A stretch of DNA of 64,000 nucleotides from Candidatus Bipolaricaulia bacterium. GTDB lineage: Bacteria > Bipolaricaulota > Bipolaricaulia > RBG-16-55-9. Numbering within the stretch: position 1 is the first letter of the stretch; every line of letters starts with the position of its first letter. The stretch spans positions 114,501-178,500 of the forward strand of contig JBDGQO010000003.1 of NCBI GenBank assembly GCA_042219045.1, in the 5' to 3' direction. Below the pieces are notes generated by a model. The model saw only the letters and a program-made list of their open reading frames with translations, was not told where the DNA came from and made no database searches. Made by a program: the position numbers and the translations under genes. Below are positions 12,420 to 21,742 of this stretch, in pieces.

Positions 12420-13403
12420 CTATTCGTAGAGCCAGCACGCCACGCTGTGGTTCGACTCGATCTCGTCCAGGGGCGGCATCTCCTGGCAGACGTCCATGGC
12501 GTGCGGACAGCGCGTAATGAACGGGCACCCCTGGGGAATGTTGTACGGATCGGGCACGACGCCCTTAATGGGCTTGAGCCGTTCCCGCTCCTTGGTGAGC
12601 GCCGGAATCGACTCCATCAGGCCCTGTGTGTAAGGATGTTTCGGGTTGTGGAAGATCTCACGGACGGGGCCTTTTTCCACGATCTTGCCCAGATACATGA
12701 CGACGACCTCGTCCGCCGTTTCCGCGATGACGCCCAGGTCGTGGGTGATCATCATGAGCGACATCGCGTAGTCCTCTTGCAGGCCCTTGATGAGCTCGAT
12801 GATCTGGGCCTGAATCGTGACGTCGAGCGCCGTGGTCGGCTCGTCAGCTACTAGCAGCTGGGGATTGCAGGACAGCGCCATGGCGATCATGGCGCGTTGG
12901 CGCATGCCCCCGGACAGCTGGTGCGGATACTCGTCGACGCGCTGGTCCGGCAACGGAATCCCGACCTTGCGAAGCATGTCGATCGCGCGATCGCGGGCCT
13001 CGTTTTTTTTGACGTTCTGATGGAGCATGATCGCCTCCATGATCTGGTCGCCGACCGTGTAGACGGGGTTGAGCGACGTCATCGGTTCCTGGAAGATCAT
13101 GGCGATCTCGTTGCCGCGGATCTCGCGATACTGCTTGCCCTTCGGGTCGAGCTTGCTCAGATCGACGGGGTTGCCCTCGCGGTTGTAGGTGATCGAGCCG
13201 TCGACGATCTTGCCGGGCGGCATGGGGATCAGCCCCATGACCGACAGGGCCGTCTGGCTCTTGCCGCAGCCGGACTCGCCGACCACACCCAAGCTGCCCT
13301 GGCGATCGATGGAGAACGAGACGCCGTCCACGGCTCGTACGACGCCGTCTTCGGTATAGAAGTGCGTTTTGAGATCCTGAATGTCGATGATGGGTTCGGC
13401 CAT
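12420..13403 (-). CDS. Oligopeptide/dipeptide ABC transporter ATPase (OppD-like)
   Basis: [44 protein letters not shown]. Confidence 0.95.
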   Translation of the reverse strand: MAEPIIDIQDLKTHFYTEDGVVRAVDGVSFSIDRQGSLGVVGESGCGKSQTALSVMGLIPMPPGKIVDGSITYNREGNPVDLSKLDPKGKQYREIRGNEIAMIFQEPMTSLNPVYTVGDQIMEAIMLHQNVKKNEARDRAIDMLRKVGIPLPDQRVDEYPHQLSGGMRQRAMIAMALSCNPQLLVADEPTTALDVTIQAQIIELIKGLQEDYAMSLMMITHDLGVIAETADEVVVMYLGKIVEKGPVREIFHNPKHPYTQGLMESIPALTKERERLKPIKGVVPDPYNIPQGCPFITRCPHAMDVCQEMPPLDEIESNHSVACWLYE

Positions 13404-13415
13404 TCTCAACCTCGC

Positions 13416-13640
13416 TTACGGGAGGAGCGACAGGGAGAGCGCGAGAATGAAAAAGAGCGCCCCGAGCCACCCAGTGGCCGTGCGCTTCGGATCGCTCGTC
13501 TCCTCACGGCCGAAGACGGTATGGCTTCCGCCACCCCCGAAGGCGCCTCCGAGCTCAGAGTGCTTGCTCATCTGGATCAAGACGAGCCCAATCAGTGCTA
13601 GGCAATCCAGAATTAGCAGGATGCTGATAAACGTTCGCAT
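13416..13640 (-). CDS. secG: Preprotein translocase subunit SecG
   Basis: 74 aa, two TM segments, LIQ...LGGAFGGGGS.TVFG; extended -10 TGCTACAAT upstream. Confidence 0.9.
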   Translation of the reverse strand: MRTFISILLILDCLALIGLVLIQMSKHSELGGAFGGGGSHTVFGREETSDPKRTATGWLGALFFILALSLSLLP

Positions 13641-13703
13641 TCGGCTCGACCTCGCTTTCGCGCTATTGTAGCAGACCCTCCATGATGACTCAAATCACGG
13701 CAA

Positions 13704-14369
13704 TCATGACAAGAGGCGACGGATTTGAACGGGCCCTTTGAAATAGAGCAGTCCCAAGGCCAGCCCGCCCAAGTGGGTAACGTGGCCAATGCTTGGGAAT
13801 GCTCCGGAAAACTGGGCCAAAATGGATATGCCCGCGATGACAATGACCATGTACTTGGCCCGGATCGGGATCGGCGGAAAGAGGAGCATCAACTGTTGGT
13901 TGGGAAAGAGCATGGCGAACGCGAACAAGACGCCCATGATCGCGCCGGATGCGCCGAGGTTGATCGCGACGCCACCGCCCATGATAAACGGCCACAAGAC
14001 CGTCACGAGCCCGGCTCCGGTGCCCGTAAAAAAGTAGTATTTCAAAAAGCGCTGACTGCCCCAGACGCGCTCCAGGATGTTGCCGAACTGCCAGAGAACA
14101 AACATGTTGATCAGAATGTGGAATAGCGAGCCATGCAGGAACATGTATGTCAGGAGTTGCCAGACTTGGAACTCCGGCAGCCACGGTGGTGTGATCAGCG
14201 CAAACGTCTCTTCCACCCAACTGGTGGCTCTCAGGCTGAGCGCCGAGAACAATCCGCCGCCCGAGACGGGCGGTTGGTTGAGCAACTGGAGGGCGTAGAC
14301 GAGCACGTTGGCTACGATGAGGTATTGGGTGACGCTGGCAAGGCCGAGTGAGGCACTGAACCGTCTCAT
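13704..14369 (-). CDS. Rhomboid intramembrane serine protease
   Basis: WQLLTYMFLH, HILINM, GASGA, HLGG. Confidence 0.93.
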   Translation of the reverse strand: MRRFSASLGLASVTQYLIVANVLVYALQLLNQPPVSGGGLFSALSLRATSWVEETFALITPPWLPEFQVWQLLTYMFLHGSLFHILINMFVLWQFGNILERVWGSQRFLKYYFFTGTGAGLVTVLWPFIMGGGVAINLGASGAIMGVLFAFAMLFPNQQLMLLFPPIPIRAKYMVIVIAGISILAQFSGAFPSIGHVTHLGGLALGLLYFKGPVQIRRLLS

Positions 14370-16066
14370 GACGCGCCATCCGCCTCGCCGCGCGGTTCCA
14401 CCGTCAGCGTGCCCCGCTCCTCGTTGACGACGACGAGACCGGGCCGGGCTCCCTTCGGCTTCTTCAGATGTTTGATCAACGTGTAGGTGACCTCCACTTT
14501 GCCTGCGTCCCGTCCTTTTGAGTGATAAGCAGCTAGCTCCGCAGCCCGTTGCAAGACCTCGTCGGGCACGTCGCCCTTGCTGTCGCTTTTGATCACGACG
14601 TGCGATCCGGGCCGATCTTTCGCGTGGAGCCAAAGATCGTCCGGATGGGCATCGCGGATCAGTTGGTCGTTCTGCCGCCCGTTCCGTCCAACATAGATCT
14701 GATGGCCCTCCATGGCAACCCGGCGCGGGCCCGACGGCGCCGACTGGCGCTTGGGCGAACGCGTGGGCTGCTGGATGGCGCCTGCCTCAACCAGTTCCGC
14801 TTCCAGCGCATCCAGATCGGCCAAGGTCTCGGCTTCGTCGAGATGAACTTGGAGCCCGCGCAGATACGATCGCTCCCATCGGAGCTGGCGCTGGCGCGCC
14901 TGGAGCTTCTCCACGCCGCGCTTGCGCTTCTTGTAGCGCTGGTAATACGACTGGGCGTTCTCCACGGGCTCCAACGTCGGATCAAGGGAAACCTCGCGAA
15001 CTTGCCCCTCAAAGTCCGTGAGCTCCACGCTCGATTCGCCACGGGGGACCGACGCCAAGTAGGCCATCAACAGATCGCCGATCGTCTTGTCGGCCTCGTA
15101 GCGCTCGGCCTTCTGCAGATCCTCGGTTACGTTCGCCAACGATTTTTCAACATGATTGATTTCATCGGTCAACGCCCGTTGGAGCTCACGCCAGCGGCGC
15201 TCGACGGGCGTCTCGCGTCGGGTCCGATAACAGGCGTCAATGGCTTCGGACATCGTCGCCACGGGGTTCGCCTCGTGGTCGGACAGGCTGGCGTAGGGCC
15301 ATGGCGTGGCCTCCTGGGCCGTCCCGTCCGCGTCGACGTAGACATGCGGCGCCAGGTCCCCTTGTTCCAGTCGCCCGAAGCGATCGCGCGTTACGCCCCA
15401 GAGCCGCTCGATCTCCTCGTCGGACAACGAGCCCAGCTCCGCGCTAGGATCCACGTCGGCCGAGACGGCCAACTCGCCCGCCGTGAGCGGGCCAATGCCA
15501 TCAAGCGCCTTGAATAACGCCCGCTTCGTCGGCTCTCCGCTGTTGGCGGAAAGGGCCTCGCCAAACGCCGTCTGAGAGATGCCACGTGGATCGAGCTTGC
15601 CTTGACCCTCAGGGGGCACGTAGGCGCTGTGGGGCTCAAACGAGCGATGGCCGGACGAGGCGTTCTGGGCGCCGAGCACCTCGTCGCCGTCCAATAGCAG
15701 GACGTTGCCGTTCGGGCGCATCAGTTCCGCGCGCAGCGTTGTCCGTTCCTCTCCCCGAGCGACGACGATGTCGACGATCCGTTCCAAGCCTGGCTGTTGG
15801 ATCTCGTGGACGAAGCCGTTGCGCAGATGTTTGCGCAGCAGCATGCAAAACGCAGGTGGCTCGGGCGGATTGGGGAAGGATTGCTCGGTGAAGTGGATCC
15901 GCGCTTCGGGACCGGCCGCAATCAGCAGTTGGCGTTTCTGGCCCGTGTAGAGCTCGAGCAGCACCGCCTCGTCCAGCGGCTGATAGACGTTCTGGACGCG
16001 GCCACCACGGGCCTCTTCGGCGATCTCGGCAACGATGGCAGCCAACGTGATTCCCTCGAAGCGCAT
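14366..16066 (-). CDS. rqcH: Rqc2/RqcH (NFACT, FbpA family) ribosome quality control factor
   Basis: PPAFCMLLRKHL, ENAQSYY.RYKK, VGRNGRQND, WLHA..PGSHVV, KKPKGARPG. Confidence 0.92.
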   Translation of the reverse strand: MRFEGITLAAIVAEIAEEARGGRVQNVYQPLDEAVLLELYTGQKRQLLIAAGPEARIHFTEQSFPNPPEPPAFCMLLRKHLRNGFVHEIQQPGLERIVDIVVARGEERTTLRAELMRPNGNVLLLDGDEVLGAQNASSGHRSFEPHSAYVPPEGQGKLDPRGISQTAFGEALSANSGEPTKRALFKALDGIGPLTAGELAVSADVDPSAELGSLSDEEIERLWGVTRDRFGRLEQGDLAPHVYVDADGTAQEATPWPYASLSDHEANPVATMSEAIDACYRTRRETPVERRWRELQRALTDEINHVEKSLANVTEDLQKAERYEADKTIGDLLMAYLASVPRGESSVELTDFEGQVREVSLDPTLEPVENAQSYYQRYKKRKRGVEKLQARQRQLRWERSYLRGLQVHLDEAETLADLDALEAELVEAGAIQQPTRSPKRQSAPSGPRRVAMEGHQIYVGRNGRQNDQLIRDAHPDDLWLHAKDRPGSHVVIKSDSKGDVPDEVLQRAAELAAYHSKGRDAGKVEVTYTLIKHLKKPKGARPGLVVVNEERGTLTVEPRGEADGAS

Positions 16067-16172
16067 GGTCGATTGTACCAGCCGAATCTTGGGCCTCGCA
16101 TCCGGATCCGTGAAACGCATTGCGGCCCCGTGGGTAGATGGGCCAGCGGATGACCAAGGAGGCTTGATTCCC

Positions 16173-17015
16173 ATGAGGCGAACGGGACGATGGAAGCTGA
16201 TGGCGGCGGTGGCCGTCTTGATCGGCGGACTGACAATTGGTGCGGTGCAGTCGCCCTTTTCCTCGGAGTCGGCAAACGCCAACGCCGAGGATCAGGCCTG
16301 CCTCGACCCCGTCAAGATCTTCAAGTTCGTGCCGACTAAGGCGGAGCGCGCGAACGTGAGCGCGCTCATGACTCGCCTCTCTGCGGATATCCCGCCCGAG
16401 CGCATGCGGTACGCGCCGGAGCCGACCGAGATCCTGCGGCACTCGGACGGCCGCCTTGAGCTGCGCTACGAGGAGATGACGATGCGGCACGCGGACGCGC
16501 TGGAGATTTCCATCTGTGGCGCCAGTCCTTCGCACGAGATCAAGGAAGCGACATGGATCGTGCGCGAGCGAGGCAAGCGGAGGGCACAGATGGTCGACGA
16601 GGAACGGATCTCGTGGAGCTGGCGTGAGAACGGCGAGCAGACCGTGCCCGACACGGAACGAGAGAGCAAGGCGCTGTCCTGCCCAGGCGAGCCACTCGTG
16701 CATCGGAACCAGGAAGTGGCCCGGAACGAGCCGCTGTGCGTCAAGGACCCCGACAAGCTATCGACCATCCAGGCCAAAATCGACCAGATCCAAGCGGAAT
16801 CGACGTCTTGGAAGGGAGCGGCCAAGAAGCTGATCATGGGCGAGGACGTCTACCGAAAGCGTCTGGAAACACTGAACAAGCGGATGGATAAGCTCTATGT
16901 GTACTCGCCCTACGACGGCACCGTAACGAACATCCGCCGCGACGACATGAACGACCTCGTCTGGATCGAAATGGCCGTGGAATCCCGCAGCGGGGAGGCA
17001 CTCGCCGAGTCGTAA
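16173..17015 (+). CDS. Exported hypothetical protein with a C-terminal membrane-fusion/lipoyl-like hairpin
   Basis: AAGGAGG SD; N-terminal signal/TM; coiled coil flanked by V..NQEV..NEPL and VYSPYDGTV half-motifs. Confidence 0.6.
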   Translation: MRRTGRWKLMAAVAVLIGGLTIGAVQSPFSSESANANAEDQACLDPVKIFKFVPTKAERANVSALMTRLSADIPPERMRYAPEPTEILRHSDGRLELRYEEMTMRHADALEISICGASPSHEIKEATWIVRERGKRRAQMVDEERISWSWRENGEQTVPDTERESKALSCPGEPLVHRNQEVARNEPLCVKDPDKLSTIQAKIDQIQAESTSWKGAAKKLIMGEDVYRKRLETLNKRMDKLYVYSPYDGTVTNIRRDDMNDLVWIEMAVESRSGEALAES

Positions 17016-17051
17016 GCGGATTGACCCGATCCCCCGTTCGGCTTCCTTCTT

Positions 17052-17092
17052 GGAGGGACAGGTGGCCCGGCTGTCGGGCTGCCTGTCCTTTC
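17052..17092 (+). terminator. Long stem-loop downstream of the 16173-17015 gene
   Basis: About 19-bp stem with G-U pairs (GGAGGGACAGGTGGCCCGG/TCGGGCTGCCTGTCCTTTC) followed by a T-rich tail. Confidence 0.55.
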
Positions 17093-17220
17093 GTATTCGG
17101 GGGCTGCTGAGGGACGGCACGACGTGGAGCGGGCGTCACTCGGAGGCTCACGGATCGGACGCTCGGGTTGACCCCCGACGGTCGGCACAAGCTATAATGC
17201 GGCGTGTTGAGGAGGGTCGC

Positions 17221-17898
17221 ATGGAACTGTATCGCGCCGATCTCGCCGCCATGATCGACCATACCGCCCTGGGACCGGAGGTGAGTCGCGATCGGGTGGT
17301 GGCGCTTTGCGACGAGGCCAAGATTCACAGCTTCGGCGCCGTCTGTATCAACCCGTGGCTCGTCCCCCTTGCGAATCGATGCCTGAAGGATTCCGGCATC
17401 GCCATCGCAACGGTCATCGGGTTTCCCCATGGCGCCAACGCCACCGAGATCAAAGCCGAGGAAGCGGAGCGGGCGCTGTCCGATGGCGCCACGGAGCTGG
17501 ACATGGTGCTCAACGTCGCGGCACTTCAGGCGGGCGACTACCGCTACGTCGCCGATGAGATCCGTGCCGTCCACGAGGTGCGCAGCAAGAGCCCGAAGGA
17601 TACGCGGATCAAGGTTATTCTGGAGACCGCGCTGTTGGGCGACGCGGACAAACGCGCCGCCTGCATCGTCGCCAAGTCGGCTGGCGCCGACTTCGTCAAG
17701 ACCTCCACGGGGTTCGGGCCCGGCGGTGCCACATCGGAGGACGTGGCCCTGATGCGCGAGGCGATCGGCGAGGAAATGGGCATCAAAGCCGCCGGCGGCA
17801 TCAAGACGTTCGACGATGCCCGCGCGATGGTCGAGGCCGGCGCGACCCGGCTCGGGGCCAGCGCGGGTGCGGATATTCTAGAAGGAGCGCCGACTTGA
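17221..17898 (+). CDS. deoC: Deoxyribose-phosphate aldolase
   Basis: IDHTAL, VIGFPHG, KVILET, FVKTSTGF, IKAAGGI; GAGGAGG SD and TATAAT upstream. Confidence 0.97.
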   Translation: MELYRADLAAMIDHTALGPEVSRDRVVALCDEAKIHSFGAVCINPWLVPLANRCLKDSGIAIATVIGFPHGANATEIKAEEAERALSDGATELDMVLNVAALQAGDYRYVADEIRAVHEVRSKSPKDTRIKVILETALLGDADKRAACIVAKSAGADFVKTSTGFGPGGATSEDVALMREAIGEEMGIKAAGGIKTFDDARAMVEAGATRLGASAGADILEGAPT

Positions 17899-18551
17899 CC
17901 GAACTGTCGTCAAGCGCGATCGAGCAACTGACCATCGTGGATCACCCGATCCTCAAGCGGGACCTGACGACGCTGCGCCGCAAGGAGACGCCCTATTACA
18001 CCTTCCGCCGGGTCCTCAAGGACACGACCGCCATCCTGGCCTATGAGGCCATGCGCGACCTGCCCGTCCAGGAGGTCCCCATCGAGACCCCCCTGGAGCC
18101 GACGACGGGATACCGGCTCGTCGACGAGATCGTCGTCGTCCCCATCCTGCGGGCGGGGCTCGGGATGGTCGACGGCTTCACGCGCTACGTGCCGGAGGCC
18201 CGCGTCGGCCACGTCGGGCTCTATCGCGACGAGATGTCGTTCTCACCCGTCGACTATTACTCCAACCTTCCGCAGGAGCTGAAGGATGCGCGCGTCTTCG
18301 TCGTCGACCCGATGCTGGCGACGGGCCACAGCGCCGCCCACGCGATCGACCACCTCAAGGAGATCGGCGCGCAACGCATCCGCTTCGTCTGCTTCATCGC
18401 CACGCCCGAAGGGGTCCAGGTTCTGACCGAGCACCACCCGGAGACGTCGATCGTCACCGCCGCGTTGGACAACGAGCTCGACGAGAACGCCTTCATCCGG
18501 CCCGGCCTCGGCGACGCCGGGGATCGCATCTTCGGCACCGATCCGATGTAG
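17895..18551 (+). CDS. upp: Uracil phosphoribosyltransferase
   Basis: PILRAGLGM, DPMLATG, PGLGDAGDR. Confidence 0.97.
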   Translation: MTELSSSAIEQLTIVDHPILKRDLTTLRRKETPYYTFRRVLKDTTAILAYEAMRDLPVQEVPIETPLEPTTGYRLVDEIVVVPILRAGLGMVDGFTRYVPEARVGHVGLYRDEMSFSPVDYYSNLPQELKDARVFVVDPMLATGHSAAHAIDHLKEIGAQRIRFVCFIATPEGVQVLTEHHPETSIVTAALDNELDENAFIRPGLGDAGDRIFGTDPM

Positions 18552-18759
18552 AGCCCGTCCACAGCGAGTGACCAGCTTCCATGCCCAACAACTTTGATCA
18601 TTTACAGTTGATCTCGGTTGACGTCCCGTGATGACAGCCTGCCACATCGGGGTCGCACGCAAGCCGCCCCACGCTCGCCGCATTGCCTCGTCTGCGCTGT
18701 CTGTTTCGCGCGAGGGGACCATCCAATCGGATGTGCCCGGACTGTTTCGATTGATGTCG

Positions 18760-19230
18760 CTAGGCTCGATGCCGGTTGAGCTCGTAGACGGCGATGCCGT
18801 ACGCGACGGCCACGTTGAGGGATTCTTTTCGCCCATACATGGGCAAATGGACAGTCTGGTCGGCGCGCTTGAGCATCCGCCGCGAGAGCCCGCGCACCTC
18901 GTTGCCCAACATTAGCGCCATGGGGAACGTCGGGCGGAACGCCTCGATGGGCTCGCTCGGGCGAGCGACGTTGTTCTCCAACGCGACGATGGTTACCCCT
19001 TCGGCCTGCAGGCGTTCGATAAAGCGCCACGTGTGACGGTGCCCTTCCCAGGGGATCCACTCATCAGCCCCGAGGGCGGTTTTGGTGATGCGATCCCGCG
19101 GCGGATGGCCCGTGTAGCCCCCGAGGAACACTTTCCGAACCTCGGCCGCATCGGACGTCCGGAAGATGGAACCGACATTCCAGAGGCTGCGGATGTTGTG
19201 ACAGATGACGTACAAGGGCTCGTCGAACAT
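18760..19230 (-). CDS. SpoU/TrmH-family RNA methyltransferase
   Basis: NVGSIFRTSDA, GNEVRG, PMYGRKESLNVAVA (SPOUT motifs). Confidence 0.93.
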   Translation of the reverse strand: MFDEPLYVICHNIRSLWNVGSIFRTSDAAEVRKVFLGGYTGHPPRDRITKTALGADEWIPWEGHRHTWRFIERLQAEGVTIVALENNVARPSEPIEAFRPTFPMALMLGNEVRGLSRRMLKRADQTVHLPMYGRKESLNVAVAYGIAVYELNRHRA

Positions 19231-19314
19231 GGCTCTCCATCGTAGCGCATGACGCGCGAGGTCCGCAGTTTTGCAGTCGGCAACGCCCGGCTCCTATACT
19301 GAGCCGCACAAATC

Positions 19315-20796
19315 ATGATCCACCTCGACGGCACGTCCCTCACGATCGAGCAGGCCGTCCGTGTGACCGGCCAAGCCGAACCGACCGCTCCCACCGAGGA
19401 CGCACGCGAGCGGGTCGAGCGCTGCGCGGCGTTTGTGGAGCGGATCGTCCGTGAGGGGCGCCGCGTCTATGGGATCAACACGGGGCTCGGCCGGCTGAGC
19501 ACCGAGGCCATCCCCCGCGATCAACTCCCCCAGCTCCAACACAACCTGCTGCACAGCCATGCCTGCGGCGTCGGAGAGGAGCTGTCTGCGGACGTCGCCC
19601 GCGCCGCGTTGCTGTTCCGGCTCAATACTCTGCTGAAGGGACATTCCGGCGTTCGCCCAATTGTCGTGGATCGGTTGACGACGCTGTTGAACGAGGGCGT
19701 CGCGCCCGTCATTCCGCGCCAGGGATCGCTGGGCTCCAGCGGCGACCTCGCGCCCTTGGCGCATGTGGCGCTTCTGCTGATCGGCGAAGGCGAGGCCGTT
19801 GTCCGTGATCGACGCCATCATGGCGCCGAGCTGCTCCATGAGTTGAACCTTGAGCCGTTGTCACTGGCGCCGAAGGAGGGGCTCGCGCTCATCAACGGCA
19901 CGCAAGTCTCGCTGGCCATGGCGTTCACCGCCTACCGGATCGGCCAGCGGCTGTGGGACCACGCGCTCTTGATCGCCGGGATGGCGCTGGAAGCGGCCGG
20001 GGCCCGTTCCGATCCCTTGGATCCACGGCTCCACGCGCACCACGAGGGCCAGCGCCTCGTCGCCGAGCGCCTCCGCGAGATCACCTCGGGCAGTCGGCTG
20101 CTCGACGCCTCGGCGGACGTGCAGGATCCCTATTCGCTGCGCTGTCTGCCGCAAATCCTGGGAGCGTGCGGGGAGTCGCTCCGCCACGTCAAGGCCGCCC
20201 TGGAGCGCGAGATGAACGCCGTCACCGACAACCCGCTGCTCTTTCCCGAAACCGACGAGATTTGCTCGGGCGGGAATTTTCACGGGGCATCGCTGGCGCT
20301 GGCGTCGGAGTCGCTCGGGGTGGCGCTCGCCGAGCTGGGCAACGCCGCGGAGCGTCGCACGAACCTCGTGCTCAACCACGCGGATTTTCCGCCGTTCTTG
20401 GCGCAACAGCCGGGGCTGGAGTCGGGGCTGATGATCGCCCAATACACGTCCGCATCCCTGGTGGCGGAAAACAAGGTGCTGGTGCACCCGGCGGCCGTCG
20501 ACTCGATCCCGACCTCGGGCGGCAAGGAGGACCACAACAGCCTCGCCAGCGTCGCCGCCTGGAAAGCCCACCAAATGGCCCAGAACGCGGAATGGATGGC
20601 CGCGATCGAGCTGTTGACCGTCGTGGGGGCCCTCGACAACCGCGATCGGGGGGCCATGTCCCGTCACGTCGGCCGCCTGTACGATCGCGTCCGCGAGCGG
20701 ATCGCGCCGTCCGCGGACGATCGGCCCCTCCACGAGGCCATTCGGACGGGCCGAGCCATGATTCGCGAGGGAGCGCTCCTGCATGGACACGCTTAA
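19315..20796 (+). CDS. hutH: Histidine ammonia-lyase
   Basis: YGINTG, LLHSHACGVG, GSLGSSGDLAPL (MIO), KEGLALINGT, QDPYSLRC, SGGNFHG. Confidence 0.9.
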   Translation: MIHLDGTSLTIEQAVRVTGQAEPTAPTEDARERVERCAAFVERIVREGRRVYGINTGLGRLSTEAIPRDQLPQLQHNLLHSHACGVGEELSADVARAALLFRLNTLLKGHSGVRPIVVDRLTTLLNEGVAPVIPRQGSLGSSGDLAPLAHVALLLIGEGEAVVRDRRHHGAELLHELNLEPLSLAPKEGLALINGTQVSLAMAFTAYRIGQRLWDHALLIAGMALEAAGARSDPLDPRLHAHHEGQRLVAERLREITSGSRLLDASADVQDPYSLRCLPQILGACGESLRHVKAALEREMNAVTDNPLLFPETDEICSGGNFHGASLALASESLGVALAELGNAAERRTNLVLNHADFPPFLAQQPGLESGLMIAQYTSASLVAENKVLVHPAAVDSIPTSGGKEDHNSLASVAAWKAHQMAQNAEWMAAIELLTVVGALDNRDRGAMSRHVGRLYDRVRERIAPSADDRPLHEAIRTGRAMIREGALLHGHA

Positions 20797-21682
20797 GTCC
20801 GGATTCGTCGGCGTCCTTGGGCGCACCAACGTGGGCAAGTCGAGCTTCATCAACGCGATGTTGGGCAAGAAACGCCTCATCGTCTCGGACAAGCATCAGT
20901 CGACGCGCAATCGCATCCGCTGCATCTACGACGAAGCCGACGCCCAGGTCGTCTTCATCGACACCCCGGGACTGCACAAGCCCGTGGACAAGCTGAGCAA
21001 CTACCTCCTCAAGCAGGCGTTCGGCGCCATGGCCGATCTCGACCTGGTGCTCTACGTGGTCGAGCCCTGGGTCGAGATCCCCGACTACGACCGCGAGATG
21101 ATCCAGCGGATGCGCAAGCTCGACGCCCCGGAGTTTTTGCTGATCAACAAGAGCGACACGGCCAAGGGCAACGCCGTGGCGCAGACCATTGAACAATACG
21201 GCGACTTGGATCTGTTCAGCGAGATCGTGCCCATCTCATGCGCCGACGGCACCAACCTGACCCGCACCGTCGAACTGACCAAGGCCTACTTGCCCGAAGG
21301 CCCCCGCTATTTCCCCGAAGGGACCGACACGGACCGAGACGAATCCTTCGTGATCGCCGAGTTCGTCCGCGAGGCGATCTATCGCCACACGCGTCAGGAA
21401 GTGCCCTATTCCACGTACGTCGATATCGTCGCGATGAGCGAGCGCGAGGACGAGTCGATGCTGGAGATCTACGCCACGATCTTCGTGGCCCGGCGCTCGC
21501 AGAAGGGCATCCTGATCGGCGATCGCGGCGCCATGATCAAGCGGATCGGACAAGAGGCCCGCCAATTGATCGAAACGCTGATCGGCACGCACGTGTATCT
21601 GGACCTGCGCGTCAAGGTTGCGGACAAGTGGAACAAGGACGAAGCCCACATTGCTCGGTCGCTCGACGCGTCCCCATCTTGA
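20783..21682 (+). CDS. era: GTPase Era
   Basis: GRTNVGKSS, DTPG, NKSD, KH domain SQKGILIG. Confidence 0.96.
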   Translation: MDTLKSGFVGVLGRTNVGKSSFINAMLGKKRLIVSDKHQSTRNRIRCIYDEADAQVVFIDTPGLHKPVDKLSNYLLKQAFGAMADLDLVLYVVEPWVEIPDYDREMIQRMRKLDAPEFLLINKSDTAKGNAVAQTIEQYGDLDLFSEIVPISCADGTNLTRTVELTKAYLPEGPRYFPEGTDTDRDESFVIAEFVREAIYRHTRQEVPYSTYVDIVAMSEREDESMLEIYATIFVARRSQKGILIGDRGAMIKRIGQEARQLIETLIGTHVYLDLRVKVADKWNKDEAHIARSLDASPS

Positions 21683-21742
21683 CATGACAAGGCAATTGCG
21701 TTCATGGTAAGCAGGCCAAGCCGAAGGCAGGGTGGCGGGCGA

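Noticed and set aside
11343..13403. Orphan oppD/oppF as a novel system
   Set aside because: Shared ATPases encoded apart from their permeases are common; partners are probably elsewhere in the genome
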